From an uncultured virus (IMG/VR IMGVR_UViG_3300010338_001863) (lineage: Duplodnaviria; Heunggongvirae; Uroviricota; Caudoviricetes), in the IMG/VR virus record IMGVR_UViG_3300010338_001863: a DNA stretch of 64,000 bases; one strand, 5' to 3'. This document shows, in pieces, positions 1-10,587 of the stretch. A program made the position numbers and the translations under genes. Each line of letters begins with the position of its first letter. Within the stretch, counting starts at the first letter, position 1. The notes under the pieces were generated by a model. That model saw nothing but the letters and a program-made list of their open reading frames with translations. It did not search any database and was not told the origin of the DNA.

Positions 1-885
1 ACTCAAATAGGTTCAGGTAAATGGATAGATATTAGTATAGGAGAAAGGCATTCTGCGGCTATTTCCGAGGAACGTAAATTATATACATGGGGAGATAATA
101 CTTATGGGCAATTAGGATTAGGAGACTTTTCTATTAGAAATGCTCCTACAATGACGTCTATTGATAGATGCTATAAAGTATCTTGTGGGACATATCACAC
201 ATTAATTACAAGAGTTGAATCTAAAGATTTTATGGGATGTGGACGTAATGATACATATCAATTAGGCCAAAATAATACTAATAATTACAATTCATTTGTT
301 GTTATTACTAATGGAGTTATAGAATTTTCTGCTGGAACTTATCATACTGTTTTTATAAAAAAGGATGGATCTTTATATGGTTGTGGTAGTAGGATGTTTG
401 GAGAATTAAAGCTTCCTACAAATCCAAGTTATGCAACTACTCCAATATTATTAGATTCATCTTATAAATGGAAAAAAATAATATGTAATGATAAAAGAAC
501 TGCTGGATTAAGAAAACAAAATGAAGATTATATTGTTTTAGAGTGGTTTGGCTATAATATAGGGGAAAATCCAGTTTTTTTGTCTGATTCTTGTTATGAT
601 TTTTGGTTTTCAATATCTGGTATTTGTTATATTGATTATAATGGGATGTTAAAAGGGAAAGGTAATGGATATTTCCTTGGATTAGATTCTCCTGACTATT
701 TTGATAACTTTGTAGAATTAGAGGTTTTGCCAATAAAAACAAGAGTCGGCTATAAAAATGATTGGGGATGGGATTATTTTAAAAAATATATGAATTATCC
801 AATAGGAACAAAAAATAATTGGGTATGGGGAAGAAGTGGTAATGCTTTTATTTTAAATAATAAAAAGGAATTTAAAATTTGTTAA
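1..885 (+). CDS. RCC1/BLIP-II repeat protein (5'-partial; frame is open from base 1)
   Basis: Frame 1 reads ...HSAAISEERKLYTWGDNTYGQLGLG...; further CGTYHT/AGTYHT and GRNDTYQLG RCC1-type repeats. Confidence 0.85.
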   Translation, partial: TQIGSGKWIDISIGERHSAAISEERKLYTWGDNTYGQLGLGDFSIRNAPTMTSIDRCYKVSCGTYHTLITRVESKDFMGCGRNDTYQLGQNNTNNYNSFVVITNGVIEFSAGTYHTVFIKKDGSLYGCGSRMFGELKLPTNPSYATTPILLDSSYKWKKIICNDKRTAGLRKQNEDYIVLEWFGYNIGENPVFLSDSCYDFWFSISGICYIDYNGMLKGKGNGYFLGLDSPDYFDNFVELEVLPIKTRVGYKNDWGWDYFKKYMNYPIGTKNNWVWGRSGNAFILNNKKEFKIC

Positions 886-889
886 TTTT

Positions 890-1915
890 ATGAATTTTGT
901 TGTTATAAATAATGGGAAATTGATGGCCGCTGGAAATGGATTAAAAATTGGTAAAAATAATAATATTTTATATTCTGAGTTTATAAGTGTACATGATGGA
1001 GTGGATAGTATTTCTATTGGAGCAAATTTTTGTTTTTTGTTAATGAGAAATGGAAGACTTAAATATATAGGGATGAATGATTATATATTAAGTAATCCTA
1101 TATTATCATTTACATATGCTGATACTTTAAATTATTTATCTGTATATTCTGGGTTTTATCATGCTATTGCAATCAGATCTGATTTTAGTTTATATTCTGT
1201 TGGAGATAATACTTATGGACAATTAGGTTTAGGAAATACAAATAATAATTATAATTTTCTCCAAAAAATAGGAACTAATTCATGGGTAAAAGCTAGTGCT
1301 GGACTTTTTCATTCTGCTGGGATAGATTATTTGGGGAATTTGTATACATGGGGTGGGAATTCTAGCGGGGAATTGGGTTTGGGAGATACTAATACTAGAT
1401 TATCTCCAACAATAGTCCCTGGTGGATATCGTTGGGTAGATGTCCATTGCGGGAATGGATTCACTATAGCTATAAAAGATGATCTATCTATTTGGGGCGC
1501 TGGTGTTTATAGTAGAATAGGCAGCGGTGCTCCAGGATATTCTACATCTTTCGTTCAATTAATATCTGGGAAATGGAAAGCTATATCTTGTGGTTTTAGT
1601 TATACTATTGGGATAAAAACAGATGGCACAATGTATTCTTGGGGTTCTACAAATCATAGAGGACAATTAGGTAATGGAACTTATGGGACATCTGGAAGTA
1701 CTTATCCAGTACAGATTGGAGTTAATAAAAAATGGGCAAATTGTTTAGCGACAAAATTACCCAATCCTTTTAGTTATGCTATAAGTGATGATGGAGAATT
1801 ATATGTATGGGGAGACAATCTTTACGGAGAATTGGGAATAAATTCATCAGATTCAATTATTACTTCTCCAACTTATGCAATGAGAGATTGTTTTGTTAAA
1901 AGAGGAATTGTATGA
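890..1915 (+). CDS. RCC1/BLIP-II repeat beta-propeller protein
   Basis: Repeated SAGxxHSxxI..G.LYxWGxNxxGQLGxG units. Confidence 0.9.
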   Translation: MNFVVINNGKLMAAGNGLKIGKNNNILYSEFISVHDGVDSISIGANFCFLLMRNGRLKYIGMNDYILSNPILSFTYADTLNYLSVYSGFYHAIAIRSDFSLYSVGDNTYGQLGLGNTNNNYNFLQKIGTNSWVKASAGLFHSAGIDYLGNLYTWGGNSSGELGLGDTNTRLSPTIVPGGYRWVDVHCGNGFTIAIKDDLSIWGAGVYSRIGSGAPGYSTSFVQLISGKWKAISCGFSYTIGIKTDGTMYSWGSTNHRGQLGNGTYGTSGSTYPVQIGVNKKWANCLATKLPNPFSYAISDDGELYVWGDNLYGELGINSSDSIITSPTYAMRDCFVKRGIV

Positions 1916-2739
1916 GTGCTAAATATACTAAAATAAAAGGGACATTAATAAAAGAAGATTCTATAACTACTCAAAATATAAAAGATTCAACTATTCTCCA
2001 AAATGATATAGCTTTAGGAACTATTACTGATAATGTATTTCAAGATTATTCTATACGAGATATTAAACTTTCTAATACTGTTACCAAACAAGGAAATGAT
2101 TTTAATTTACCCAACAAATTAGTTCAACTTAACTCTAATGGAAAAATTCCTAATAATCTTATAGATTTTAGTTCTTTATCGTTTGAAAATATATCTACAA
2201 TAAATTTGTCAGATGTTGAAGGAAATGTAAATTCTCCCTTTGGTTTATTAAAACTAAATGCTTCTGGTAAAATAGATAATTTTTTAATAGATGTTAATTC
2301 TCTTTTATATAAACAGATAGATTCATCCTTCTTAAGTGATTCAGATTTAATAGTTAAATATGATGCTAACAATAGCATAGATTCTAATTTTTTAAATATA
2401 AAAAGAACTACGAATGAGCCTGAAATTAAACCAAATTATGTTGCACTTTTCTTTGATGATGCAACTCAAAGGTTATTAGTAAAAACAGGAAATGGGATAC
2501 AAGAAATTGGGCAAAAAATCTTTTTTGTCTCGTCGGAAGTTCCTCAGGGGCAAATAGATGGAACTAATTATGAATTTATATTGCAACATATTCCGATACA
2601 AAATTCAGAAAGAGTATATATAAACGGGATAAGAGAAAAGAAAGGGAATTATAGCATTGTTAACAATGTTATAATATTTTCTGAACCGCCTTTTCTTGAA
2701 TCTGAAATAATAGTAGATTATTCATATATAGGAGGATAA
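1912..2739 (+). CDS. putative tail fibre/virion structural protein
   Basis: I-x-D-x-x-I-T fibre repeats, two LVQLNSNGKI-like repeats and a C-terminal PQGQIDGTNYEF..VYING module; virion gene context. Confidence 0.6.
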   Translation: MSAKYTKIKGTLIKEDSITTQNIKDSTILQNDIALGTITDNVFQDYSIRDIKLSNTVTKQGNDFNLPNKLVQLNSNGKIPNNLIDFSSLSFENISTINLSDVEGNVNSPFGLLKLNASGKIDNFLIDVNSLLYKQIDSSFLSDSDLIVKYDANNSIDSNFLNIKRTTNEPEIKPNYVALFFDDATQRLLVKTGNGIQEIGQKIFFVSSEVPQGQIDGTNYEFILQHIPIQNSERVYINGIREKKGNYSIVNNVIIFSEPPFLESEIIVDYSYIGG

Positions 2740-2745
2740 TAATAT

Positions 2746-4755
2746 ATGGCATTCACACAGATAGACTTAGAAAAACAAACGAAGGACCAATCTTTGGTTA
2801 CTTCTAAAATAAAAGATGGGGCAGTTGTTGATTCAAAAATATCATCTTCTGCTAATATAAGTATAAGCAAATTAAATACCACCGACGCTGATTTTGATAG
2901 TTCCGGTGTTATTAAAAATGGTAAAATTAATACTAATAAATTAGAAAATGGTGCTGTTACTTATGATAAACTCGCCGCTCAAGCTGTTCATACCGACAAT
3001 ATACAGGATGCGGCTGTTAGAGAATACAAGATAGGGAATGAGGCTGTTACTAATTCTAAAATAGCTAATTATGCTGTTGATGGAAAAAAAATAGCTTCCG
3101 AATCTATTACTGATGAAAAAGTTGCTTCTACTGCTAATATATCTATAAGCAAACTTAATACGACTAATGCTGACTTCGATAGCAGTGGTTTATTAAAAAA
3201 TAGTGTAGTAACATCTTCCAAAATAGTTTCTGGAAGCATCTCTAATACACATATTGCTTCTGATGCGGCTATAGCGTATAGTAAATTAAATATAGCAGAT
3301 GGAGATTTAACAATAGCCAAAACTAATGGGCTTCAATCAGCATTAGATTCTAAATTAGCGTTATCTGGTGGAACCATGTCAGGCGATTTAAATATGGCGC
3401 TGAATCCTATTTTAAATCTTCCGTACCCTACTAATGCTAATGATCCTGCTACGAAATCTTATGTGGATTCTTTGGTATCAGGAATAACTTGGAAAAAACC
3501 TGTTAAAGATGTTGTATCCACTTTGCCTTCTTCTCCTTCAACTGGAGATAGATATTTGATAAATAGTGGACAAGACATAAACAAAATAGCGGAATATAAC
3601 GGGTCTTCATGGACTTATGATATCCCTTCTGATAACTGGGCCGTGCTTGTATCCAATGGAGATTATGCTTTAACGTTTGATGCGGAAAGCACTGATTCTT
3701 TTAAATGGATACAATTTACTGGTGCTGGACAAATAAATGCTGGTGTTGGTTTAGAAAAGGTTGGGAATACTTTAAATATAAAACTTGGTGCTGGTATAAA
3801 AGAACTTCCTACTGACGAAGTTGGTTTGGATCTTTATGCTAATGGTGGTTTAGAATTGGTTGGGTCTCCTGAAAGCGATGCGCAGTTGAAAGTAAAAGTA
3901 GATAATACTACTATACAAATAGATGGTAATGGAGCTTTAAAGGTAGTAGCTGCTGGTGTTGGTGATAACCTCGGAAACCATACTGCTACCCAAAACTTAA
4001 ATATGAATGGATATGCTATAGATGGGGCTACTGATATAAATGCTTCTTCTTCGTATGTATTAAATAATGGTACTACTAATTATAAAATAGCATATGATAC
4101 TGAGAATAATTTATCGTTTAAAAAATATATGGGTAGTGCATATAAAAATTTTGCTGGAGTTGGGACGGAAATTGTTTCTGGTACCAAATATAGAGCATTA
4201 TTAGGATTAGGTGGAGAAGATACCCAAAATCCATCTATTGAGTCTATTTTAATGTTGACTTCTGAAACTGACGTGTTATATCATTCATTTGAAGACGAGT
4301 CTAATATAGATGAATTTAGTATAGTGAACGATTTCGCCAACCATAGATATACTATTTCATCTACAAAAGAGCTTAATGTGTCTTCTGACAATGTTTTAAA
4401 ACTATCAGCTACCAATGGGACTCAGATATCTGGGGCACTTAAAATAGTCGATGGGAATCAAGCATCTGGCAAAGTCTTAACGTCTGATGCCTCTGGAAAT
4501 GCTACTTGGCAAACACTACCAGCTGGTGAAAAGTTAACAAGGGAAAGATTCACTGCTGATGGCGATTCGGCATCCTTCCAATTATCTGGTACTCCTATAT
4601 CTAATAGAGAAATATTAGTTTATTTGAATGGTTTACTTGTATGGGAAGGATCTTCTGATGATTATACTTATGATTCAGGCGATAAGACGGTAACGTTTAA
4701 TTTTACTCCGGCGTCTGGAAGTAAAGTACAGGTTGTATATACAGTTAGTATATAA
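2746..4755 (+). CDS. tail fibre protein
   Basis: KIxDGAVTxxKI repeats, LALSGGTMSGDLNM..DPATKSYVD fibre motif, GKVLTSDASGNATWQ, C-terminal VYLNG domain; GGAGG RBS. Confidence 0.8.
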   Translation: MAFTQIDLEKQTKDQSLVTSKIKDGAVVDSKISSSANISISKLNTTDADFDSSGVIKNGKINTNKLENGAVTYDKLAAQAVHTDNIQDAAVREYKIGNEAVTNSKIANYAVDGKKIASESITDEKVASTANISISKLNTTNADFDSSGLLKNSVVTSSKIVSGSISNTHIASDAAIAYSKLNIADGDLTIAKTNGLQSALDSKLALSGGTMSGDLNMALNPILNLPYPTNANDPATKSYVDSLVSGITWKKPVKDVVSTLPSSPSTGDRYLINSGQDINKIAEYNGSSWTYDIPSDNWAVLVSNGDYALTFDAESTDSFKWIQFTGAGQINAGVGLEKVGNTLNIKLGAGIKELPTDEVGLDLYANGGLELVGSPESDAQLKVKVDNTTIQIDGNGALKVVAAGVGDNLGNHTATQNLNMNGYAIDGATDINASSSYVLNNGTTNYKIAYDTENNLSFKKYMGSAYKNFAGVGTEIVSGTKYRALLGLGGEDTQNPSIESILMLTSETDVLYHSFEDESNIDEFSIVNDFANHRYTISSTKELNVSSDNVLKLSATNGTQISGALKIVDGNQASGKVLTSDASGNATWQTLPAGEKLTRERFTADGDSASFQLSGTPISNREILVYLNGLLVWEGSSDDYTYDSGDKTVTFNFTPASGSKVQVVYTVSI

Positions 4756-4782
4756 CGTATAGGGTGAAAGCTTTATAAGCTT

Positions 4783-4808
4783 GCGGGGACAGAATATTCT
4801 GTCCCCGC
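4783..4808. terminator. perfect 26-bp GC-rich palindrome (terminator/processing hairpin)
   Basis: GCGGGGACAGAAT-ATTCTGTCCCCGC in the gap after the tail-fibre gene; no clear U-tract. Confidence 0.55.
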
Positions 4809-4830
4809 CATAAGCCCAAGGGAGAAATAG

Positions 4831-5439
4831 ATGGGAAGAACTCAAATTAATTCGGATTTAATCAAAAATGGTGATATCCAAACAGATGATTTGTCTAATA
4901 ATTCAGTTACTGTAGAGAAAATAAATATTAATGGCAACTTAAGTTTAAATGGCAATCAATTGAAGAATATAGGGAATCTATCTGAACAATATGATGGAGT
5001 AAATAAATCTTACGTTGATAGCAAATTTTTTGATTTAAAAGACTCTACCTATAGGAATGTTAATGGCATTTGGATAAATGGTTTAAATGCTGGAGAAACA
5101 CTTGTTAATTATGAATTAGTTTATTTTGATTATAATACTAATACTTGGAAGAAAGCTGATTATAGTAATATAAATACTATAGCGATAGGTATTAGCCCTA
5201 ACTATGTTACATCGGGTAATCAAGCGATTATTTTAACTTATGGGTTAATACAGATTAACATAAGCTATCCTCCGTTTACTGGGATGAGTCCTGGAGATTT
5301 ATTATATTTATCTAGTAATGGAGCATTCACGAATACCACCCCAAGTACTACTGGAAAGCAAGTACAAATTATAGGTAAAATATTGAGCTCAAAGATGGTA
5401 TTATTTAATCCATCGTTAGTAACTGCTGAGGTGGCTTAA
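4831..5439 (+). CDS. virion structural protein (fibre-like N-terminus)
   Basis: DGVNKSYVD fibre motif; C-terminal PGDLLYLS..GAFTNTTPS..G..VQ.IG motif typical of phage structural proteins. Confidence 0.6.
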   Translation: MGRTQINSDLIKNGDIQTDDLSNNSVTVEKININGNLSLNGNQLKNIGNLSEQYDGVNKSYVDSKFFDLKDSTYRNVNGIWINGLNAGETLVNYELVYFDYNTNTWKKADYSNINTIAIGISPNYVTSGNQAIILTYGLIQINISYPPFTGMSPGDLLYLSSNGAFTNTTPSTTGKQVQIIGKILSSKMVLFNPSLVTAEVA

Positions 5440-6425
5440 TGGGGATAAGTAAAATCTTTAATAAGGATATAAATTCTTTGTCTAAGATAATGAATATAAG
5501 TAAGAATAGTTTAAGCAAATTATATGGGATTACTTTATCAGAACAAATATTAGAATTTGCTTTTACTAATTCGACTTGGTATCCGCCTCAATATATTTAT
5601 TGGGATAGTTTAAATTCTGTATTGTGGGCTTCACAAGGGTTTTCTACTTCTGCGACTATGTTAAAAATAAATCCTAATACTATGACTTTAATATCAAGTG
5701 GAACATTTGATACTGGAACTTCAAGTTGGGGTATAACCAATAAGAGTATAAGAAATAATGGATATATTTATTTTGGAGTCCCTGGAAATTCGTGTGGAAG
5801 ATTTAATGTTAATACATTAGTAAGTCAAGAAACAAGTTGGTTTAATACTCCTAACGGAACCTTGAATTTAGGCTCAGATTGGTGGGTTGCAGCTAGTAGT
5901 TTATTTAGAATAAATCCTGATACATTGGCTAATAAAAATACTTATGAGATAGATGTTTATGGAGGTGGTATTTTAACTGACGGTGCTTATATTTATATGA
6001 TAAGGTCTAGTGGAAGATACGAATGTTATAAAATAAGTCCGTCGAATGGCAGTATAGTAGCAACTTATACTATGCCGTCAACAATAGTTGAGAGTGTTCA
6101 AGGAAGTTGTTTTACTCTTGATAGCAATGGATTTTTATGGTTGGTGTTCAATAATGGAACTATATCAAAAGTTAATACAAGTAATATGTCTCAGGTTAAT
6201 AATTATAGCGTGTCTGGATGTAAAGGGATAAATATAGTCGGGAATTATGCTTATATAGTGGCTGGAACTAAAGTTTTAAAGTATACAATATCTCCAAATT
6301 TTTCATATGTATCAGAGTGGAATTATGGAGTTAATTTAGTTTCTATTCAAAATAATGGACAATATATTTTCGTCGTATCAGATGATGGGACTAATAAAAA
6401 GATAATTAGAAAAAATATGTTTTAG
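5439..6425 (+). CDS. putative beta-propeller virion protein
   Basis: Beta-rich repeats (KINPNT, RINPDT, KISPSN; DSNGFLW); translationally coupled to the upstream gene. Confidence 0.5.
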   Translation: MGISKIFNKDINSLSKIMNISKNSLSKLYGITLSEQILEFAFTNSTWYPPQYIYWDSLNSVLWASQGFSTSATMLKINPNTMTLISSGTFDTGTSSWGITNKSIRNNGYIYFGVPGNSCGRFNVNTLVSQETSWFNTPNGTLNLGSDWWVAASSLFRINPDTLANKNTYEIDVYGGGILTDGAYIYMIRSSGRYECYKISPSNGSIVATYTMPSTIVESVQGSCFTLDSNGFLWLVFNNGTISKVNTSNMSQVNNYSVSGCKGINIVGNYAYIVAGTKVLKYTISPNFSYVSEWNYGVNLVSIQNNGQYIFVVSDDGTNKKIIRKNMF

Positions 6426-6433
6426 GAGGTCTA

Positions 6434-6886
6434 ATGAAAATAAAGGTTAAGGCAAATGGAAGAATAGAAACAGTAGTTAGGGATAATAATATAGAACTAG
6501 GAAATGGGATAATAATAGAAGATAATGAAGATGTTATATTAAACCCAGATAAATATTTATACTTAAATGGCAATTTGATTTTAAGACCTTATGTTGTTAT
6601 TGAAACGGATAAAGTTGATACTAACGGCAATGGAATACCTGATTCGGATTTAGAACATAATTTAACTATAAAATTTTATAATTCAGACGGTAGTATAGAC
6701 GAAAGTATAAATGGTAATTATATTTTGAGAATTTTCTATGGTCAGAATTCATTTAATGATTATAATATAAATATAATTAACGGAATAGGTTCTTATAATT
6801 TAACTAAAAATTTTATTGGGATTGCGTATGTTTGTGTTGTTAATTTTGATGGATATATCAACAGTTTAGTAATTGAATTTATATAA
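6434..6886 (+). CDS. hypothetical protein
   Basis: 150-aa ORF with AGGAGG RBS. Confidence 0.6.
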   Translation: MKIKVKANGRIETVVRDNNIELGNGIIIEDNEDVILNPDKYLYLNGNLILRPYVVIETDKVDTNGNGIPDSDLEHNLTIKFYNSDGSIDESINGNYILRIFYGQNSFNDYNINIINGIGSYNLTKNFIGIAYVCVVNFDGYINSLVIEFI

Positions 6887-6896
6887 GGAGACAAAA

Positions 6897-7181
6897 ATGA
6901 GACTAAAGAAGGAATTTAAAGATTTCGATAATAGAGAAATAGAAATAAAGCCTGCCCAAGAAGGGTTTATAGTTAGATATGTAGGCGATGTGGAAACTGT
7001 CGAAGGAATAGAACATTTAAACAAATATACGGTATTTAAAAATAATATTAATGATATAAAAGATTTATTATATGAAATAATAGAATATCTCGAAATAAGC
7101 AATGATCATATAGTAGAAATAAAAATCGATGAAGAGGTATATGATAATGATAATAAAGTACGAAATAGAACAAAAAAATGA
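6897..7181 (+). CDS. hypothetical protein
   Basis: AAGGAG RBS before ATG 6897. Confidence 0.6.
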   Translation: MRLKKEFKDFDNREIEIKPAQEGFIVRYVGDVETVEGIEHLNKYTVFKNNINDIKDLLYEIIEYLEISNDHIVEIKIDEEVYDNDNKVRNRTKK

Positions 7182-7329
7182 TTCGGTATTATTACGTAGG
7201 ATAGAGGATGATAAAATGATAGATGAAATAGAACTCCCAGTTTCTTGCTTTAATTTAATAAAATCATTATTTTTTGATACATATACCGAAATAGTATTAT
7301 TAAAAAGAAAAGATGAGACCAATAGATAA
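7129..7329 (+). CDS. hypothetical protein (start uncertain)
   Basis: Short ORF tiling between its neighbours. Confidence 0.45.
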   Translation: MKRYMIMIIKYEIEQKNDSVLLRRIEDDKMIDEIELPVSCFNLIKSLFFDTYTEIVLLKRKDETNR

Positions 7330-7498
7330 TATTAAAGATTTAAGGTTTTATGAAGATATTAATGGATATAGACTTGAATATATTACTAGTTTCTCTAAAA
7401 AATATATTTTTTATTTTAGCACTTTAGATGAAGCAATATCTTCTTTAAAGGAGTTAATAAATGAAAACGATTATTCAAAAACTCAATTCCTTAATTAG
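7313..7498 (+). CDS. hypothetical protein
   Basis: Short ORF tiling between its neighbours. Confidence 0.45.
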   Translation: MRPIDNIKDLRFYEDINGYRLEYITSFSKKYIFYFSTLDEAISSLKELINENDYSKTQFLN

Positions 7499-7730
7499 TC
7501 ATCATTTTAAGGATTTAAAAAGTATTAGGATATCTATGATTTGGATATACACTATAACGTATATATTTTTAATAATTTATTCTACCTTAAAATATGAATC
7601 TGTAGCTTCTACGGCTATAACTTCTACCGCTACCTTAGTAGGTATAATATTTTCTGGATATATATTTTCTAAAACTTTTAAAAAGGACCAAGCAAATGAA
7701 CAGAATACTGACAATAGTAATATTAATTAA
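7461..7730 (+). CDS. putative holin-like membrane protein
   Basis: 89 aa, two hydrophobic segments, charged C-terminal tail; AAGGAG RBS. Confidence 0.5.
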   Translation: MKTIIQKLNSLISHHFKDLKSIRISMIWIYTITYIFLIIYSTLKYESVASTAITSTATLVGIIFSGYIFSKTFKKDQANEQNTDNSNIN

Positions 7731-8226
7731 TATTGCAATATCTTTAGTTTTGTATAATTTATATAATAAACAAAGAGATATTATAGATACTTATGAATTT
7801 GGATCCAAGTTATTGGAGAAAGGGATAAATAAAAAGATAAAGATAAAAGGGAATAAGGTTACCGTATTGTATAAAGATAAAGAGATAGTTAAAGAAAAAA
7901 TAGTATATGTCCCAAAAGAGGGAACTATTACAATAATAGAAAAAGATAATGGATCTGTGGAGACGCAAATTAAAAATAAGGGGTTTACTTTAAGATATGG
8001 GTTTGGAATAGGATTCCAAGATAAACTTTATCCACAATTAGATTTAAAATTTTATTATTTTAATCAATATAGCCTAAATACTTTTATTTATCAGAAAGGT
8101 GCGGGGATATCTATATCTAGACACTTAGATGATTGGATTGGGGAAAATTTTTCTAATTCTGAGTTATTTTTGGGATATAATATTATAAACAAAAAATTTA
8201 TGGTTGGCATTCGAAGCAATTTTTAA
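7696..8226 (+). CDS. membrane-anchored protein (possible spanin-like/outer-membrane lysis accessory)
   Basis: N-terminal TM helix, beta-strand-rich C-terminus ending in F; follows the holin-like gene. Confidence 0.4.
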   Translation: MNRILTIVILINIAISLVLYNLYNKQRDIIDTYEFGSKLLEKGINKKIKIKGNKVTVLYKDKEIVKEKIVYVPKEGTITIIEKDNGSVETQIKNKGFTLRYGFGIGFQDKLYPQLDLKFYYFNQYSLNTFIYQKGAGISISRHLDDWIGENFSNSELFLGYNIINKKFMVGIRSNF

Positions 8227-8235
8227 GGAGGCGGA

Positions 8236-9210
8236 ATGCGAATAATTGATAAGCATATAACATTAAAAACTAATTCTGGTCTTAAAGAATATTCTATAGT
8301 TCCTATTGGAGATATTCATTTAAATAGTATATCATTCGATTATTCTGCTTGGGAAAATTTTTTGGAAAGAATAAAAGAAATTCCGAATCCTCTTTTTATA
8401 CTTTTGGGAGACATAACTGATGAAGACCGCCCTTCTACTAGAGATAGAAGAAAAATGATGTTTTTGGATAGGACTGATTCTTATAAACAATCTGATAAAA
8501 AATATATAACAGATTTTATAAAAGAGACGGCTCCTTGGTTATCTTTTTTAAATGAAGAAAATTGTCTTGGTATAATGGATGGAGATCATTATAGGATGTT
8601 TAGTAATGGCAAAACTTCCACAGAATTGTTGTGTAAATTTCTCAATGTCCCATATCTTGGGAGTGGTCAAGCTATTATAAGAGTTGTTTTTAAAATCCCG
8701 AATTCTAATTCTTCTAGAGTTTTTAATATACATGCGAGACATGGACGTGGATTTAATTTGACTACCGGGGCTAAAATAAATGCAAACAAAAGATTTTTGG
8801 ATGCTTGGGAGGGGATAGATTTATTCGTGAAAGGACATTCTCATTCTTCGTGGGAAGATGAAGTGGTTAGAAATATATTTACAAAAGATGGTTTTTTGTA
8901 TGAAAAGAAGATTGGAACTATCAATTGTGGGAGTTTTAAAAAAACATTTATAAATGATTCTGATAAAGAGGAATTCCTCAAAAAAATTGAATCAAGAATA
9001 AGCTCAATAAGAGATAATAATGAAAAGATGAAAGAATTATTAAAATTTGCTGGCATAGAAGAACAAGAGGCTGATTATGCTGAACTTAGGGAATATCCTC
9101 CAGTAAATAAATCTTTAATATATATGAAATTAAGATTTGTAAAAACAAGAAAAATAAAAGGATATCCAGATGTTCATATAAATAGGGATATCGTAAAATT
9201 GGATTTATAA
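8236..9210 (+). CDS. calcineurin-like metallophosphoesterase
   Basis: GDIH, LGD, GDH, HARHG and GHSH motifs. Confidence 0.85.
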   Translation: MRIIDKHITLKTNSGLKEYSIVPIGDIHLNSISFDYSAWENFLERIKEIPNPLFILLGDITDEDRPSTRDRRKMMFLDRTDSYKQSDKKYITDFIKETAPWLSFLNEENCLGIMDGDHYRMFSNGKTSTELLCKFLNVPYLGSGQAIIRVVFKIPNSNSSRVFNIHARHGRGFNLTTGAKINANKRFLDAWEGIDLFVKGHSHSSWEDEVVRNIFTKDGFLYEKKIGTINCGSFKKTFINDSDKEEFLKKIESRISSIRDNNEKMKELLKFAGIEEQEADYAELREYPPVNKSLIYMKLRFVKTRKIKGYPDVHINRDIVKLDL

Positions 9211-10571
9211 TGGCAAATTATTTTAATTATATCCAACCAGACCAATATTTACAATTAAATAATGGAGATGTATTGGCTGGGGATATAATTGTTGATAAAT
9301 TAATAGTTCCATCTAATTGTACAGTTATTGTTAGACCTTATTGGGAAATAATAAATAATGCTGGAGTATTTCATAATACCACAAATGATCCTGGTGGGTA
9401 TGTAAATATAAAAGCTAATGAAATAATTATAGATGGTACTATAGATGCTTCTGGTTCAGGATATCCTGGTGGCGGAGGAGGAGAGGGGGGATGTGGAGCT
9501 GATGATAGGGAAAATAAATCGCCTAATCATAATGGATCTGGAGTAGGTATAGGTGGTCAAAATGGAACTTATTCTAATTTTGATGTTGTTAGAGGGTCTT
9601 TTGAGTCTGCTGCTGGAGGTAATGGTGGGAAAGGGATGTCTAAGAATGGTTTTGATATAAATGGCGGGATGGGAGGGGCGAGAACTTCACAATATGGGCA
9701 AGGTAAAGCCGGAGGCAATGGGGATGATGGTATAGGAAATATTAATGATGAATTAAATATAAATTGTTATATGGGATCTGGTGGCGGTGGGGGAGGGGGA
9801 GCTTCTGGTGGCGGAGGGAATCAGGCAGATCATAAATGTGGCGGTGGCGGTGGAGGCGGAGGTGGTGGAGGCAATGGTGGCGGTATAATTAGAATTTTTG
9901 CTTTCAAAAAATTTTTATTAAGTTTAAGCGGGAAAATAGTATCTAATGGTGGTAGTGGATATGATGGTGAAAATGGATACCATGGTGGTGTTATAAGTAG
10001 CAATACTTCTATGCCTGGTTATTCTGGTAGGATAATATTAAATTGTTATGGTACTAATAAGAATTTTTTTGAGACAGCTTTCCGTAATACTCAAATAAAA
10101 TATTTTAATTGGGATAATAAGATATATCCATATGAAAGTATGGGACCTGGAGGAAGGGGAGGCTATGCTGGGAATAGCAATAAAAATGGAGTTGGTGGTT
10201 CTTATGGATTAATGGAGAATTATGAAGTATATAATCCTGGATTATCTGGGGCTGGAGGTGTGGGTGGTATGGGTGGTGGAGGGGCAGGAGGGGCTATAAT
10301 ATTATGTTTAGGTTTAGATTATAATTTAAATGAGAATAAATTTAAAGGATCTTGGAGAGGGCATAAGATAATCAAAAGATTTATTGTTAATGGCAGTTTA
10401 TCTTGTTTAGGTAAAAAAAATGATACTTCGAATAAAACTAAATATCTTACTAATATAAATGGTGGAACTATTAAGGTTTTTTATATAAATGAAAATAGGG
10501 ATTTTAATTATTCCAAGTCTAATTGTAAATTATTCATAGAAAAGGAGTTTAATAATATAGTTTTAATTTAA
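9210..10571 (+). CDS. glycine-rich virion protein
   Basis: Long GGGGG tracts and GGGAGG.I motifs typical of Gly-rich tail proteins. Confidence 0.7.
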   Translation: MANYFNYIQPDQYLQLNNGDVLAGDIIVDKLIVPSNCTVIVRPYWEIINNAGVFHNTTNDPGGYVNIKANEIIIDGTIDASGSGYPGGGGGEGGCGADDRENKSPNHNGSGVGIGGQNGTYSNFDVVRGSFESAAGGNGGKGMSKNGFDINGGMGGARTSQYGQGKAGGNGDDGIGNINDELNINCYMGSGGGGGGGASGGGGNQADHKCGGGGGGGGGGGNGGGIIRIFAFKKFLLSLSGKIVSNGGSGYDGENGYHGGVISSNTSMPGYSGRIILNCYGTNKNFFETAFRNTQIKYFNWDNKIYPYESMGPGGRGGYAGNSNKNGVGGSYGLMENYEVYNPGLSGAGGVGGMGGGGAGGAIILCLGLDYNLNENKFKGSWRGHKIIKRFIVNGSLSCLGKKNDTSNKTKYLTNINGGTIKVFYINENRDFNYSKSNCKLFIEKEFNNIVLI

Positions 10572-10584
10572 AAAAAATATAGTT
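10567..10584 (+). promoter_or_regulatory. conserved upstream motif TTTAAAAAAAATATAGTT (candidate phage late promoter)
   Basis: Identical 18-mer at 26672-26689; near-identical copies at 13328-13344 (+) and 42637-42654 (-); each lies just before a gene start. Confidence 0.5.
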
Positions 10585-10587
10585 TAT

